From Anthoceros angustus (lineage: Eukaryota > Plantae > Anthocerotophyta), in contig MU008158.1 of assembly GCA_010909165.1 (NCBI GenBank), positions 1,575,478-1,639,477 of the forward strand: a stretch of DNA of 64,000 nucleotides. The letters run 5' to 3'. The notes under the pieces are model-generated. The model did not search any database, was not told the DNA's origin, and saw nothing but the letters and a program-made list of their open reading frames with translations. Position numbers and translations under genes: made by a program. Below, piece by piece: positions 26,115-37,913 of the stretch. Numbering within the stretch: the stretch's first letter is position 1; every line of letters begins with the position of its first letter.

Positions 26115-27978
26115 AATCTGTTCGGGTATATAGCGGCTTGTTAAGGACTATGTCGTCTACATATACTCCTAAGACAATAAAGTGAGCACCTGATCTTTTG
26201 ATATAAATGTTACTATCAGAGTTTAGCTTAGTGAAACCTAGTTCCTTAAGACTAACATCTAGCTTAAAGTACCATTTCATAGCACTCTGCTTAAGTCCAT
26301 ATAAGGACTTTAGTAATAGGCAAGCATTGTACTTTGCCCTGTCCTTGACATTTATTCCCTCGGAAATCTCCATGTAGATTGTGTGGTCCAAGTCTCCGTA
26401 TAGAAAAGTTGTCTTCATGTCAAGTTGCAATAACTCATAGTCGTGGTGAGATACTAAGGCTAAGAGAATCCTAAGTGAGGATATCTTAAGTACGGGACTA
26501 AAAGTTTCATCATAGTCAAAACTGCATTTTGAGAATATCCCTTGCCACTAGTCTAGCTTTGTATCTTTCTATGCTACCGCAAGATTTAACTTAATCTTAA
26601 AAGTCCACTTAGAACCCACTAATTTTCTATCCTTAGGTAGGCTAGTTAAGGTCCAAGTCTTATTAGCTTATAGGGATTCTAACTCGACATGATTGCTTGT
26701 TTCCAATGTTCCTTTTGCGCAAGTAATGGCTTCGATAGCTAAAGGGACGAGTTGGTCTATTCTTTGCATTAAGACAATAAGCTAGAGTGTTTTAGGGTCC
26801 CGCCAATTAGTAGGGGAATATCTATTTATTTTACCGCATTATGTCTTTGAGAATGCGCCTCTTGTGTCAACGGATCATCTAGTTGTGTGGTGTCCATAAT
26901 AATGTCCTTGAGAAGAGGATCTTGCATGAGGGGTTATATGTACCTCTTCCATGGCTAGGAATCGCCGGCCTCTAAAACTCCCTCTAGAGTTGCCTCTAAA
27001 GATGCCTCTTCCCTATGTTTGCCTCTGCCCGTGAAGAAGGCGCCGGAGGCTTTCACTGCCGTCAAAATACTGTTGTCCTTTCACAAGCATTGCCGAGCAT
27101 ATTGATTAATGGTTGGATGCCTTGGAGGCTTTGAACTACCGATCCATGATTCGGTAGTGTAGATAGGTGATTGCCGCGAGAAGTTCTTCCGAAATATTAA
27201 ATCCTAAAACTTGGAATTTGACCGTCTGTACAAGACCATGGCATGGTGATGTACGTGATCGCCTCCGCCATCCGCAATCCAAGGTAACTTTTAATGGTAT
27301 GAATTGTGTGCATGATATCGGCGTGGCTACGCCGGAGGGTTGGAACCCTAGCAATCCCCATCCCACTCCCTACCAATGGAACAGGAAGAAAGAGATGAGT
27401 GGGAGGACAAAAATCGCAAGCTGAACGCGTCCTCATGCAAAGCATGAAGAAAGGAAACGTTCAGATTCTTTGAGTATATTTGTAATACGAAATTTCTAGA
27501 CAGGGAAGTTATGTTGTCAGCCCATCGAACTTATCTTCTTTGGACTCCGGAGGTGAGAGGTGGACATTGTAATGTGTTTTACAGACTGCTTAAAGGCTAA
27601 GAATTGTGCTCCTAAGGAGGCAATTTGTGTGTATTTGGAGAGTAACTACAATTTTGTAGTTTCTGCAGGTGTTAGAGTGGACATCAACCGTAGTGGAAAA
27701 TTGCCTTATCATTGTGGGTTTGGTGTCTGTTCTACAAACAGGAAGGAGAAATCTACATACGCCCAGTCATATTCTTGTGGGTCGGAGAACCCACTTAGTG
27801 AGAGTTCTTCTCTTATGATCGGAGACAGTTCGAATCCATGCATAAACCCACAAGTTTTCTCCCGCCTTGAGGTATGAATTCTCACGATTGTTTCTTTGCC
27901 ACTCTTGCAGATCTGCTTGCCTAGCGGCGCGCCGTTGGAGGTGCTCCCTATGCCGTTGGCTAGGCATGAGAATGTCCG

Positions 27979-27991
27979 TGCTCTGATACCA
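27979..27991 (-). promoter_or_regulatory. tRNA-iMet primer binding site
   Basis: The reverse complement reads TGGTATCAGAGCA directly after the LTR end. Confidence 0.92.
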
Positions 27992-28202
27992 TGTTACGAT
28001 CCCTAGGATTTAGATAATCGTAGATGGATTAGAATTGCATCTGTAAGCAGTGTGCATTACATTGAGGATATGCCGAAGCATTCTGCTTGTAACCGTCTAT
28101 GTGTCGGTTCACTCAAATATCTATTCGTATCTAGATACTTAAGCTTACTTAATGATAATTACGAACGGTGCCCTAAGGGCTAGTATGGTATTAATTCTAA
28201 CA
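27992..28202 (-). repeat. Copia 5' LTR (~211 bp)
   Basis: Bounded by TGTTA...TAACA inverted ends and adjacent to the PBS. Confidence 0.75.
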
Positions 28203-28850
28203 GTGTGGTGGCTTGGAATACGCTGAGAGTGTGTTTCCCACAGTCTTAAGTCAAAAGGATGTGGTGACGTGGAATGCTTTGATAGCAGGGTATTTTTAGC
28301 AGGGCATAGGGCAGCAATTCTTTCGGCAGTACAGTGTGCTTTGCAAGAAGGAGGCCTGGCTTCACCCGATTCAGTGGCGTTTTTGTGCGTCCTGAGGCTT
28401 GTGCCAGTGTGGGAGCCCCTGCTTTGGAGAAGGGCAAGCAGGTTCATGGATAGATTAGAGAACAAGGACATGAAGCTGATGTGTTTATAGCCAACAGTTT
28501 GCAATTGGTGAACTTGAATGCAAAATGTGCTGTGGAAAAAGACGGCATCGCTGTACCCGATTCCGTGACATTTGTGTCTCTTCTGCAGGCATGCGCAAGT
28601 GTGAGCACCGCAACTTTGGAGAGGGGGAAACAGCTGGTTGTTCAGGTTAGAGAACCACGACTTCAGGTAGATGTTGTTTTAGGCTGTAGCTTGGTAGACA
28701 TCTACGCAAAGTGTGGTAGCTTGGAAGAGGCTCGCAGAGTGTCTGACGGTCCTGGTAAGAAAACCTGGTGATGTGCAATGCCATGATTCCAGCATATGCA
28801 AAGTGCGGCAGCTTGGAAATAGCTCAAAGAACATGTTTGTCAAGGTTGCT
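28203..28850 (+). pseudogene. PLS-class pentatricopeptide repeat (PPR) pseudogene fragment
   Basis: DVVTWNALIAGY, PDSVTFVSLLQACAS, DVVLGCSLVDIYAKCGSLEEARRV and YAKCGSLE motifs. Frameshifted, and 5'-truncated at the copia LTR. Confidence 0.9.
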
Positions 28851-29894
28851 CAGAGAGAACTCCTCCGGCTACGTCCGTAAGTATTTAGGGTCCACGTGGA
28901 GGTTTTTTGATGCAGGAAAGCCAGCTGCTGCGTTGCCACGGATTTGAAAAGATACAAGCTTTGCTGTTTGTGTTGCATTTTGTAGGTCAGGTAACATTTT
29001 TGCACAGCAGGGGGCTTTGATTGATTCAATTGTAGCATAACATGTGACTCTGTGGAGGTAATAGGGAGTGCGACCGAGTAGCTGTTGTGAATGTGCCTTT
29101 CAGATTGTACAGTGGAGGCACTAGTAAGGCGCGAATTTATCCCAGACGCCAGCTTCCTGTGTTAGCTATGTTTTCCTGTATATTACATCCTCGCTTGTGA
29201 ACATGCGCATCAATTACCTTCTAGATGAGCACTGCGGTGCACTGGATGCAAATGTCGAATACTGGTGTCTCTCGCTGTTTGGGGCTACAGCCGGAGGTTC
29301 TTGGTGACCACTGACCACCAAAGGTGAGCCATACAGAGTAGATACGTAATCTGAAGATTTGATACGCCACATGTTACAAGTTTCTCGGCGTGTCCACACC
29401 TTCTAGTTCACCGTCCCTCACAACATAGCAGGCTATAGTGCGCAGCGTTTACACATCCTGCACCTCATGTTCATGTGGGTTTTGCCCCACCCCACGACAC
29501 TTGGCTGTGCCTCCATAGGCCTATGCTGCATTCAGTCTGTCTCTTCGGGCTCTCTATCCTAGTGAGTACGGAAAGGAGCTCCTACCTCATCCTTTTGAAC
29601 ACCTCAGTACATGTGGTAGCAGGCAATTCACAGTCTGGAAAGAAAAAAACTACTGCTGGTCTGCAGTCCCCTCCTGCTTTCCAGGTGGGTACCTGCATCC
29701 GCGCGGTACTGGGCTATCGATCGTACCAGCCTTCAAATAATGCAGCCGCAGTGACAAAACACCGTACAAAAAGGTGATGCTCAAATCCTACGGCCACTTC
29801 CAAGTGCCCAACAAACATTTGCTCTTGGAATTGCGACCACAACATCGACTTGGTAGCGTTGTATAGGTTCATGCCCGAGTCTTCACGTTGGTGC

Positions 29895-29901
29895 ATATAA
29901 G
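29895..29901 (+). promoter_or_regulatory. Putative TATA box of the secreted-protein gene
   Basis: CATATAAG about 110 nt upstream of ATG 30006. Confidence 0.45.
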
Positions 29902-30005
29902 CCGACGAAGAGCGAGCACAGATGTGTGGCATTTCGCTTCCAGTCACGAGTCCGTCTGCCGATATCACTTGTCCAGCCTTGAAGATCGAGTGCCGAGTGT
30001 TTCCC

Positions 30006-30596
30006 ATGGCCAGCCGCGTGTTTTTCATTGTGCTCCTGTCGGCAGTGGCACTGTGGGTGGCCTTTATCCAGGTCGATGCACGCCAAGTGGATATGGATGC
30101 CGTGACCGGCCATGGCCACCAGGCTGCTGCCAATCTCGCGACTGAGACCAGCACCCAGCTCGATGGTGCTGTGTACGTCCCCGTGAGAGTGCCGGTAGGA
30201 ACCAAATTCCAGCTCAAGTTGAACGCAGATGGACTCTATCTGACCACGGACGGGCTGAACGTGACTAGGACGTCAGACCCCATCGCGAAGGGCCTTCAGC
30301 TCACCATGTGGGAGTCAGTGGAAGGAATTGCTCCTTTATCATACCTTTACTGGAACGGTTTTGCGATCAGACACGCGTTGACGGGAGTAGTGCTCGTCTA
30401 CGACGGTGACTTCGCTGTTGAAGTCGTAGATGGCTGGCCTCTGAGCGCTTGGCTTTTGTACCAGTCCGTTAGCTTGTTGTCCGAGCCCGTGTTCAAGCTC
30501 AACTATCTGGGCTTCCAGGATGACGGCTACATCCCGGGAGACTGGACCTTTGAGAACTTCGGCGGTTCCGTCACCGCTACAGCTGCAGCTGCGTAG
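30006..30596 (+). CDS. Intronless secreted protein (196 aa), possible beta-trefoil/ricin-B-like fold
   Basis: Clear signal peptide MASRVFFIVLLSAVALWVAFIQVDA|R, coding-like GC3 and an intact ORF. Motifs FQLKLNADGLYLT and FAIRHALTGVVL. Confidence 0.75.
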   Translation: MASRVFFIVLLSAVALWVAFIQVDARQVDMDAVTGHGHQAAANLATETSTQLDGAVYVPVRVPVGTKFQLKLNADGLYLTTDGLNVTRTSDPIAKGLQLTMWESVEGIAPLSYLYWNGFAIRHALTGVVLVYDGDFAVEVVDGWPLSAWLLYQSVSLLSEPVFKLNYLGFQDDGYIPGDWTFENFGGSVTATAAAA

Positions 30597-30880
30597 CTTT
30601 ATCGGCTGCTGTGTATCTGGCTTGTGCTAGGAAGCCACTTACGTATGTACATAGCTGTGTGTGTTGTCAGGTATTGCAAAATTTTAACGCCTTAGTGCTA
30701 GTCTTTGCCCTTTTGGCTGTATTATGGGTATATGTACTCCATGGATTAACTGTACAAGTGGATATACATAATGCTGTGAACCTTTGGGTTGGAAAGAATC
30801 CCCTTTGGATTGGGAAGAATCCTAGGTGGAAGACTCATTTCCGTGACTCCCAGGAACGTGATTCCATTGGTTTTAAAGTA

Positions 30881-31228
30881 CCGTACCCCAAGGGGTGATT
30901 CGGCGTTAATTAATTAAAATTAGTAAAAGTTGAAAATCCAGAAATTATTATACTTAAAATATTGAATAGGTAAAAATTTATGAGTTTATGATGCCGAAAA
31001 TAAGGAAAATAGGGTTTGTGTGAAAAATTAGGGCCTATTTAGGGGAGATCTATACATATCCATTAGTTTTATATATACCTACATATTTTAATAAATATTG
31101 AAATTTGATAAAATTATTTTTTGTAAATGTTGAAATTTTGAAAAATATAAATATTTATGTTGAACCTTGTTTTTTTCAAAAAATAATTATTTCGGCATTA
31201 TCCTGTTGAACCACCCTTCGAGGTACGG
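30881..31228. mobile_element. Tc1/mariner-type MITE (348 bp)
   Basis: TA|CCGTACCCCAAGGGGTGATTC...GAACCACCCTTCGAGGTACGG|TA gives imperfect ~21 bp TIRs with a TA TSD. The interior is AT-rich. Confidence 0.85.
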
Positions 31229-32670
31229 TATAAAAAAGCTAGTGTATTTTTTACTTCAGCTGTACAAAATGCTTATATTTTATAAACTTTTTATATATTC
31301 CAATGAGATAAGTATTCTTAAATTGGCATGAAACAAAAAAGTATGATTAGTTATTCACTGTATGATTAAATATTAAAATAAAATTAAAAATCAGCTACAA
31401 GGAAAACCATGAAACCAAGAAGCATGGTTCAAAGATATAAAAACATTAGATTTTAATTATGTATGAATAAACACTATTTCCACTAAGTGCGTACCTAGTC
31501 AAGCCTTTTGGTTTCATGCCAATTTAAGGGTATTCATCACATTTGAGTATACAAGGAGTTTGTGAATGCTTGAATGTTTCACATCTCGCTGATACAAATG
31601 GGTTCGGCCTATGGAATACCGACCTCGTCAGGAAGCCTTTTAGGGTTTTTTTCGATGGTGACAAAAGAAGTTTTCGCCGTGACACGGTGAACACTGTGTC
31701 ACACACTGAACATCGCCGCGGGCGCCCGCCTCGTGTCCGATCTCGTCACTAAGCTCGTGGTGTGTGTGAAGATTCTTTTAGGTTTTGACATACAAGGTTT
31801 TCTTTTTAGTGCTGTGGTTGGGGCCATCGACATCCTTCGCATGACCCCATCTGTCGCTGTGGCATGGGCCATCGACATCCATTCGCATGACCCCATCCGC
31901 CGCTTGCCATAAAGAAACCGCTACTAGGCCTTTATGGCGTATAGCGTGAGGAGCCATCCGCGCGGCGCCACCGAGCTATATAGGCCTTTGTGGTATAGCC
32001 CGAGGTGCCATGTACGCCTACGGCCAGCCATCCAGCTGCAAGGCACCGCCATCTGGCCTCGCGATAGGGCACAACATCTTCACACAAGCATGCTTTACAT
32101 TCGACCACAAGAAAGCCACCACTGGGCTCATGTCTCAAAAGGACAGAACACACCGGATCGAGCATGTTCGAGGCTAACATTCGGGCCAGCCGCGTCGGTG
32201 AAAAGCGGTCTTCAACGACTAGCATGCCCACCCAGCTTCCACCGGGCCGAGACATGTCCGAATATATATGTCCATGTGTGGTGCAGAAAACCCTAAACAT
32301 GACATAAACCCTAAATGATGGAAAGAAAAGTGGATGACGAGATCGAACACGAGGGGCAAGTTAGACAAAAACTTTGTGGCGCCTCGGCCGTCGTCCGTGA
32401 TGTGGCGTATGTGATGAAGGAATCTTGAAGATGCGCGAGCATCTTCATGTAAATCTGGAAGAAAAACTTGTCACACACGCTTGGTAGTGAGATCGATTCC
32501 ATATCGGCCACATGGATCGACTTTGTAAGAAGAAGAAGAAGAAGAATTTTATTTGAGTCCACTAAGGATTGTCATGGGACTTGGTACTTGACAACTTGTA
32601 CCATGGTGTGCCTAAGCTACTTGCACCAAGGGCATCCACTCCCTTTAGGCACCCCATCTAAGTACCGATC

Positions 32671-32714
32671 TAAGCTCAGGATGCTTAATCACTAAGCTCA
32701 GGATGCTTAATCAC
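32671..32714. repeat. 22 bp tandem duplication
   Basis: TAAGCTCAGGATGCTTAATCAC x2. Confidence 0.85.
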
Positions 32715-32984
32715 GGCGTTCTTATAAATGTGTGTCCATTTGGCCTAAGCCATTTGGACACACATGGATGTGGTTGTTAAGCATCTAGCGCTTAGATAAG
32801 TACCCACATGGAACGCCTAGAGGGAAAGGATGCCCTTAGTAGCGGAGGCACATCATGGTACAAGTTGTTAGGTTATAGGTCCCATGACGAAAATGCTATC
32901 TTTAGTGGAAGATTAGTAGAGTTGTTTTCCTTATTCTTCTTCCTCATGACTAGAACTTGTATGAGTGTAACTAAGAATCAAATA

Positions 32985-33115
32985 TGGAACCAGACATCCT
33001 AAGCAATTCAACAACGTCCTAAGAACAAGCAATATGACCAAGTATAGAACCAAACATTCTAAGAACATGCAATCTGACCAAATACAGAACCAAACGTTCT
33101 AAGAACATGCAATCC
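32985..33115. repeat. ~40 bp degenerate tandem repeat
   Basis: CTAAGAACA(T)GCAAT(C)TGACCAA..AGAACCAAAC, about 3 copies. Confidence 0.7.
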
Positions 33116-34095
33116 TATACAAGGCACGATGGCAAGAACAATCTTTGAAATAGAAATATATGGGCTATATATTGAGGACAACAAACTTTAATACCTTTTA
33201 TCTTGAGGGAATATAACTAAAAAGATGAAATAAAATTATTTATATTAGTTTATATATATATTTTTGATAATAAAATATCATAAAATTTAAAATAAAAGCT
33301 TATGAAATATACCTAGTTTATTAATTTTAAGAGCGAATTTTAAAGGCTTGGTTGACAATATAATTAGGACAATGCTACCCTTACCTAGGTAGATAGGTAT
33401 ATAATATGTGTATGGATGTAGAAAATATGTCCATACAATTATGCATTTTTTTGAGCCCAAGCAGGGAAGGGAATCACGGCGACTTATGTGTAGGTATCTA
33501 TCTCAGAAACTTCGTTTCTTCCTTTTCTTTCGTGCGAACATACGCTCGTCTCTCCCGCTGACCGCGACACTGTGTGGGTTGCAGCTAGCTGTCCGCTTGC
33601 TTTTCCTCACGGCCGCCAGCAGGCCGCTGGTCCGGAGCCCGCATCTGCCAGATCTGGTGTTCAGATCCCACTTTTGGCCCGCCATCTCCCCCCGCTTCCC
33701 TGGACTGAGCAGATCTGAGCGCCTTGCCTGCGTTGCCGATCTTCGTTTTCTCACTTATCAATTTGCAGGAGAGTCTCGTGGGATCGTTTTTGCTGCATCC
33801 CAAGCGGGATAGGGCCTGCTAGGCGGCAGGTAATGCTGCCTTTGTAGATGTGAAGGATCTGGTGCTGCTCTGTCGGCTGGACTCTCCCCCTTTCTTTTTG
33901 TGTAGGTGTGGTTTTTGACCCTCCCCCGATTACTGTGGTGGTGGTGCGATGTACTCTTCCACCAAGGCGTCTTTGTTGTTTTTCTTCGTTTTCGTGCCCT
34001 TGCCCGGCCTCGTCCGCCTCGTCTGTCTTGCAGTTGTGGTGACCCTGGTGATTTAGCGCGCTTAGGTTTGGTGTGTTCGGGTAGGTTGAGTGTCA

Positions 34096-35098
34096 ATGGC
34101 GTCCGCCTCGGCAGCAGCCAAACTGAGGGAGCTTCAATCGCAGCCGGCGAACAAGACATGCGTGGATTGCTCGCAGAAGAACCCGCAGTGGGCCTCCGTG
34201 TCGTACGGCATCTTCATGTGCCTGGAGTGCTCCGGGAAGCATCGGGGCCTGGGGGTGCACATCTCCTTTGTTCGCTCCGTGTCCATGGATTCCTGGTCCG
34301 AAATACAGCTGAAGAAGATGCAGGCGGGGGGCAATGCTGCTCTCAACAGCTTTCTGGCCGAGTACGGGATTGCCAAGGAGACGGAGATTGTGGCCAAGTA
34401 CAACACCAAGGCCGCGGGAATTTACCGGGATAGGATCCAAGCCCTTGCCGAGGGGCGACCTTGGAGGGCACCGCCTGTTGTCAAGGAGGTGGTGGGTTCT
34501 GGGAACGGGTCTGTCCAGCGGGGTAGATCTGCAAGCGCTGAGGGGTTTGGATCGAGTGAAAAGTTCTCCCAGGGCTGGGATGACTGGGGTAGGGAGGATG
34601 CGAGCCGGGGGAACCAGGGAATCAGACGCAACCAATCGGCCGGCTCTTTCCCTCAAAACGGCGCTGGTGGGCCGCCGAGAGCTCACTCTTCGGAAGATAT
34701 ATACAGCAAGTCTCAATTGGAAGCATCAGCTGCTGGCAAGGAGGCTTTCTTTGCCCGGAAACAGCTTGAGAATGCCTCCAAACCTGAGGGTCTTCCTCCT
34801 TCTCAGGGAGGCAAATACGTCGGGTTTGGGTCAGCCGGTAGCCAGCCTCCTCAGGTGAGTAGAGGAGGCTCGGCTGGTGGGGGTGATATGCTCAAAGACA
34901 CCGTCTCTGTTGTCTCCCAGGTATGGTCCTGAAAACATGTCTCTTCGCTGCAGTACATCTGCTGAGTGTATTTCCAACGCTCATTGTGAGCCTCGTCATG
35001 CTTTGCAGGGATTGAGTCGTTTGTCTGTCGTTGCCGCATCCGCTGCTCAGCAAGCGGCCACAGCTGTGCAGGCCGGCACCAAGGACTTGACTATCAAG
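34096..35098 (+). CDS. ArfGAP (AGD6/AGD7-like), 5' partial duplicate (exons 1-2 only)
   Basis: [46 protein letters not shown] zinc finger and [13 protein letters not shown]. Ends inside intron 2 at the duplication junction (35158/35159). Confidence 0.85.
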
Positions 35099-35534
35099 GT
35101 GAGTTACTAGTTGCAGCACCTCTGAGCTTCTATACCCTGAAGAACACTGGAGCCGAACTGAGCGCCTTGCCTGCGTTGCCGATCTTCGTTTTCTCACTTA
35201 TCAATTTGCAGGAGAGTCTCGTGGGATCGTTTTTGCTGCATCCCAAGCGGGATAGGGCCTGCTAGGCGGCAGGTAATGCTGCCTTTGTAGATGTGAAGGA
35301 TCTGGTGCTGCTCTGTCGGCTGGACTCTCCCCTTTCTTTTGTGTAGGTGTGGTTTTGACCCTCCCCGATTACTGTGGTGGTGGTGCGATGTACTCTTCCA
35401 CCAAGGCGTCTTTGTTGTTTTTCTTCGTTTTCGTGCCCTTGCCCGGCCTCGTCCGCCTCGTCTGTCTTGCAGTTGTGGTGACCCTGGTGATTTAGCGCGC
35501 TTAGGTTTGGTGTGTTCGGGTAGGTTGAGTGTCA

Positions 35535-37316
35535 ATGGCGTCCGCCTCGGCAGCAGCCAAACTGAGGGAGCTTCAATCGCAGCCGGCGAACAAGACATGC
35601 GTGGATTGCTCGCAGAAGAACCCGCAGTGGGCCTCCGTGTCGTACGGCATCTTCATGTGCCTGGAGTGCTCCGGGAAGCATCGGGGCCTGGGGGTGCACA
35701 TCTCCTTTGTTCGCTCCGTGTCCATGGATTCCTGGTCCGAAATACAGCTGAAGAAGATGCAGGCGGGGGGCAATGCTGCTCTCAACAGCTTTCTGGCCGA
35801 GTACGGGATTGCCAAGGAGACGGAGATTGTGGCCAAGTACAACACCAAGGCCGCGGGAATTTACCGGGATAGGATCCAAGCCCTTGCCGAGGGGCGACCT
35901 TGGAGGGCACCGCCTGTCAAGGAGGTGGTGGGTTCTGGGAACGGGTCTGTCCAGCGGGGTAGATCTGCAAGCGCTGAGGGGTTTGGATCGAGTGAAAAGT
36001 TCTCCCAGGGCTGGGATGACTGGGGTAGGGAGGATGCGAGCCGGGGGAACCAGGGAATCAGACGCAACCAATCGGCCGGCTCTTTCCCTCAAAACGGCGC
36101 TGGTGGGCCGCCGAGAGCTCACTCTTCGGAAGATATATACAGCAAGTCTCAATTGGAAGCATCAGCTGCTGGCAAGGAGGCTTTCTTTGCCCGGAAACAG
36201 CTTGAGAATGCCTCCAAACCTGAGGGTCTTCCTCCTTCTCAGGGAGGCAAATACGTCGGGTTTGGGTCAGCCGGTAGCCGGCCTCCTCAGGTGAGTAGAG
36301 GAGGCTCGGCTGGTGGGGTGATATGCTCAAAGACACCGTCTCTGTTGTCTCCCAGGTATGGTCCTGAAAACATGTCTCTTCGCTGCAGTACATCTGCTGA
36401 GTGTATTTCCAACGCTCATTGTGAGCCTCTCGTCATGCTTTGCAGGGATTGAGTCGTTTGTCTGTCGTTGCCGCATCCGCTGCTCAGCAAGCGGCCACAG
36501 CTGTGCAGGCCGGCACCAAGGACTTGACTATCAAGGTGAGTTACTAGTTGCAGCACCTCTGAGCTTCTATACCCTGAAGAACACTGGAGCCGAACAGCAG
36601 TTTTACGTGTGTTCTTGTTGCCACAACTGCAGGTCCGAGAAGGGGGTTACGATCAAAAGGTCAATGAGACTGTGTCTGTGGTCGCCGCGAAAACAACAGA
36701 AATTGGACAGAAGACATGGGGCATCATGAGGGGGGTCATGGCTATGGCTTCCCAGACAGTGGAATCGTACACGAAGGATGGCAAAGTTTTTGGCAACTAC
36801 CAGGATCAAAGTTACCAGCATTACGGGGAGGAGGGTCGTTATGAGGAGATCAAAGCTGGTGCTTCCTGGGATGATTGGGACAATGACAGTAAGGATACAA
36901 GGAAGAGAGGCGAGAGTAGCTGGAATGGTTGGAATACAACGCAGGAACGTCCAGAAACGGAGGTGAGCAGTACCAGTGTCAAGGCGAGCAGCAAGTGGGA
37001 AGACAAGCAGCAGCAAGCGACTGGATTAGGCAGCACCAACGTCAAGGGCAGCGGTTCTTGGGATGACTGGGACGAGAAGCCGGTGTGGCAAAGTGCTAGT
37101 GCGACCGACTCAAGCGTTGGAACCAACACGGGGTTGAAACAGGAGGTGAAGCCGATGAACGGGAGTGGAGATTCCTGGACTGGATGGGGCGACGGAAAAC
37201 AGGACACAGATGGCACCTTCTTCACTCTGCAGGATGATACACCCAGCTCCAGGAATAAAGGATGGAACGACTGGAACGATGGGGATGTGACCTGGACGGA
37301 CTCTGGCTTCAAGTAG
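35535..37316 (+). CDS. ADP-ribosylation factor GTPase-activating protein, AGD6/AGD7 (ArfGAP1) type; exons 35535-36355, 36446-36535, 36633-37316
   Basis: ArfGAP zinc finger, [24 protein letters not shown] repeats and a C-terminal W..SGF. GT-AG introns. A 1-nt loss in the G-run near 36315 is probably a sequencing error. Confidence 0.93.
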
Positions 37317-37913
37317 TGTCAGGACTTGCATACATACGTTGTGTACCTAGTACTGGTAGTACATAGTGCTAAGCTGCAATAACATATTCCCTCTCTCCCT
37401 TGCGACCACCTCCAGTTCCCGTGGGGGATGGCCGGCTCAAGCAACACTGCCCCATTTGGCAGCCCTTCTTTTGTCAATCCGAGATGCAGAGGGACATTGC
37501 ACACCTGTTATATATGTCGTAGACTATCTACGTATGTAGATACTTCGTTGCCGACCTGTACCTACAAATGGCAAGCACGGCAGCGGCTTGACTCGGTCAA
37601 GGGCTTTTAGGTCTGCAAGTCTGTATCGTCCGTCCAGCCTTGTTCGTGTAAAAGGCAGACGAAGCGCAGGAATTGGGAAGGCTGTGAGAGTTGTGGGGAA
37701 GCCCGCCCTATCCGGCTGGGTGGAGGTGGAATGTTGCGTGGTGAGCAGTCACCTTGTTGGGAGGCTTGCCCTAAATCAGAGGGGGTCGTGCAGCATCTGC
37801 AAGGGCGGGGTCCGGATCTGGCCGGTGCGGCGTAGGTTTCTGTCGGGGTTTTGGTCTCGGAACTTGAGCCCCAGTCGTGCTCAGCCTGAACTGCGAGCTC
37901 GTCAGCCAGCAGG

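Larger units (their letters stand above)
26140..28202 (-). mobile_element. Internally deleted Ty1/copia element: 5' LTR, PBS, gag, RT fragment
   Basis: RT motifs QLDMKTTFLYGDL, LLKSLYGLKQS and VYVDDIV (26140-26700). gag remnant at ~27100-27950. Met-tRNA PBS and a 211 bp LTR. Protease/integrase appear to be missing and the 3' end is lost. Confidence 0.88.

Noticed and set aside
29922-30005. N-terminal extension of the secreted protein given by the ORF track
   Set aside because: The signal peptide begins at ATG 30006, and the upstream start lies too close to the putative TATA box.
32287-32316. AAACCCTAAA x2 as an interstitial telomere
   Set aside because: Only two isolated units are present, consistent with a common telo-box or TE-associated motif.
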